61,653 bases of DNA from Octopus bimaculoides (lineage: Eukaryota). Below the pieces are notes generated by a model. The model saw only the letters and a list, made by a program, of their open reading frames with translations, ran no database searches and was not told the origin of the DNA. The stretch spans positions 135,923,328-135,984,980 of the forward strand of contig NC_068983.1 in assembly GCF_001194135.2 (NCBI RefSeq). Reading direction: 5' to 3'. Of this stretch, positions 59,365 to 61,653 are shown piece after piece. Every line of letters starts with the position of its first letter. Within the stretch, counting starts at the first letter, position 1. The position numbers and the translations under genes are program-made.

Positions 59365-59820
59365 ATCATCATTTAATGTCCACCTTCCATGCTGGCATGG
59401 GTGGGATGGTTTGACAAGAGCCAGCCAGGCAGAAGTCTGCACCAGGCTCCAACCTGATCTGGCAAAGTTACTACAGCTGAATGCCCTTCCTAACACCAAC
59501 CACTCCGAGAGTGTAGTGAGTGCATTTTACGTGCCACCGGCACAAGAGCTAGTCAGGTGGCATGGCAACGACCATGCTCAAATGGTACTTCTTACGTGCC
59601 TCCGGCACGGGTGCCAATGAGGCGGTACTGTCATCAGCCATGACATTCACTTCACTTGAGTCAACAGGTCTTCACAAGCACAGTTTATTGCCTAATGATT
59701 GAAGGGTACTCTTAAATGGGCCGGTTATGCTGCACTGGCATAGGTTACAGTTATGGTCTCATTTGGCTTGTCGAGTCTTCTCAAGCACATCAAATCTCCA
59801 AAGGTCTCGATCACTTATGG
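59365..59820 (-). mobile_element. RTE LINE 3' UTR and tail, antisense
   Basis: catcatttaatgtccaccttccatgctggcatggg..gtgccaccggcacaagagctagtc..tcttctcaagcaca. Confidence 0.8.
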
Positions 59821-60454
59821 GTACAGGATGTCACTAATGGTGCAAATAACATGAAATACGTAAACTAACGAGGGAAAAACGAGTGAAATACGTAAACAAA
59901 GAGAGAAAATAAATAAGGGAAAATAGGACAAGTTAACACAGAAATGTCAGTTGTCAGCTGTCTATCCACTCTTCATTTTGAGCATTCAATGACAATATGA
60001 GTATTCAAAAACAGTTGCTCCCATAAATTCTAAAATTAAATTTAGGATTTATGGAGGTTCAAAGTTGGGAACAAAACAAATGACAGTGGAGACATACAAG
60101 GAAACCAAACAAAAACAAAGATGGAGGGTCACTAGACCGGAAAGAGAGGAAAATAGGGAATGCTAGGAGAAACATCTTTTTCAAAAGAGAAAAATATGTG
60201 CATGTATTCAATATAAACATATATACACACATGCACGTAATACATGTACACACACCCACATATACATACACTAAATTCTTTTTAATTTTATCTCCATCTT
60301 CTCTCTTGTTTTGTGCTTTGTTAAGCATTCAACCAGTCTAATCTTGAATATTTTTATCCCTCCGAGGTTTATATCGTCACTTGTACCTTGGTCTACATTA
60401 TAATATTGTGTATGTATATGTGTGGGTGTGTGTGTACACCACACACACACATAT

Positions 60455-60760
60455 TTATCATCATCATTATTTAACGTCCGTTGTCCATGCTGGCATGGGT
60501 TGGATGGTCTGACTGGGCTGGCATGCTGAAAGGCTGTGCCAGGATCCAGGCTGATTTGGCATGGTTTTCTATGGCTGGATGCCCTTCCTAACGCCAACCA
60601 CTCCAAGTGTGTAATGGGTGCTTTTATGTGCGACCGGTATGGGTGCCATTTGCATGACATTGGTATCTATCATGACTGCAATTTTGCTCGGCTTGATTGG
60701 TCTTTTTCTAAATCATTGCCTCCATGAGGCCTAACACTTGAAAGGAGTCAGCGACTTTGC
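60455..60760 (-). mobile_element. RTE-type 3' tail, antisense
   Basis: catcatcattatttaacgtccgttgtccatgctggcatggg..ggatgcccttcctaacgcc. Confidence 0.8.
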
Positions 60761-60794
60761 CTCCATGAGGCAATATATATATATATATATATAT

Positions 60795-61271
60795 ATATAT
60801 CAATGAGAGAGTTAGTTTAGGCGAACTGCTTTATTTCTGGTAAGACAGCTGCAGGAGAAATTCCTAGCCAAAGATAAACCTCTGTACTTGGCTTTTGTTG
60901 ACATGGAGAAAGCCTTTGAGAGGGTCCCCCTATTCCTTATCTTGTGGTCAATGCAGAAACTAGGGATAGATGAGTAGTGTGGGCAGTACAAGCTATGTAC
61001 AGGGACTCTGTCAGTAACGTGAGGTTTGGCAACGAGTATAGTGAAGAATTCCAGGTAGGATTAAGAGTCCACCAAAGATCAGTCCTCAACCCCCTCTTAT
61101 TCATCATAGTCCTCCAGGCAATAACAAAGGAATTTAAGACAGGTAGCCCCTGGGAGCTCCTCTATGCTGATAACCTTGCTCTAATAGCTGAGTCACTACC
61201 AGAAGTAGAGAAGTTTCAGGTGTGGAAGCAAGGTCTAGAATCAAAGGGCCTTAGAGTCAATCTAGCAAAAG
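60795..61271 (+). mobile_element. RTE LINE RT fragment
   Basis: LYLAFVDMEKAFERV..EEFQVGLRVHQRSVLNPLLFIIVLQAI..LLYADNL..WKQGLESKGLRVNLAK. Confidence 0.9.
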
Positions 61272-61653
61272 CAGTGGCCTGGAAACAAAATTTGCTTAGG
61301 GGGTGCAAACTCAGTTTCAAAATTTGGCACTACTGGACAAGTGTGGATCCGAGTTCTGGGAGTGTGCATGTCACAAATTTGCACATGTGCCCGTGTTAGT
61401 CGTAAGTAGTCAAATTTAGCACACAGGTAAAAAACGAGATGCTCGCTACTTGCTGTATAATCGTAATCTATGCCGTTTGAAAGGTATTTATATAAAATTT
61501 CATCAAAAGATATCCATTTTTCCATCTAATACAAGAAGAAAATTGCAGATTAATTGAATAAAAACATGAAAAATAACAAAATGACATTTCATTGAAAAGT
61601 AAACCATTCTGAAAGATAGTTCAGAATGTTTTCAAAACATTCATCTCCAGCTT
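61272..61653 (+). mobile_element. Possible DNA-transposon left end (hAT-like) interrupting the RTE
   Basis: RTE homology stops abruptly at cagtggcctggaaac..agggggtgca; the other end and any TSD lie outside the window. Confidence 0.3.

Overview
AT-rich eukaryotic genomic DNA from a gapped draft assembly (7 N-runs). The repeat landscape (RTE LINEs with (GAT)n tails, tRNA-type SINEs, abundant (TA)n/(CA)n) looks to me like an Octopus/coleoid cephalopod genome; this is inference, not proven. Three intron-containing host genes can be read. (1) The first coding exon of a minus-strand gene at 5812-5931 with an N-myristoylation start (MGNTTS), most like an AMPK beta subunit; it continues off the left edge. 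(2) A complete 8-exon mitochondrial short-chain enoyl-CoA hydratase ECHS1 (minus, 27899->13970, 900 nt, 299 aa). (3) A complete 10-coding-exon Aurora-A activator BORA (plus, 36089->51312, 2082 nt, 693 aa), head-to-head with ECHS1. Both full models were assembled by hand from GT-AG boundaries and stay in frame to a stop. The rest is mostly TE debris: RTE LINE pieces, a 5'-truncated L1/Tx1 LINE about 180 nt upstream of the ECHS1 ATG, a Penelope-like GIY-YIG remnant, two complementary halves of one Tc1 family, a hAT MITE with an 8-bp TSD, a TA-flanked MITE, Helitron-like termini, SINEs and satellites. Most entries in the supplied ORF track are spurious. I found no evidence of a wholly new biological system. 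The most interesting leads are an atypical BORA (VLSPI instead of the usual PSPW activation motif, plus a long SP/TP-rich N-terminal extension), a Penelope endonuclease remnant with an in-frame Thr/Ala/Pro tract and a nearby degenerate hammerhead-like fold, inverted RTE tails bracketing BORA micro-exons, and a 62-bp minisatellite born from an RTE 3' UTR. TE boundaries without a TIR/TSD are approximate.
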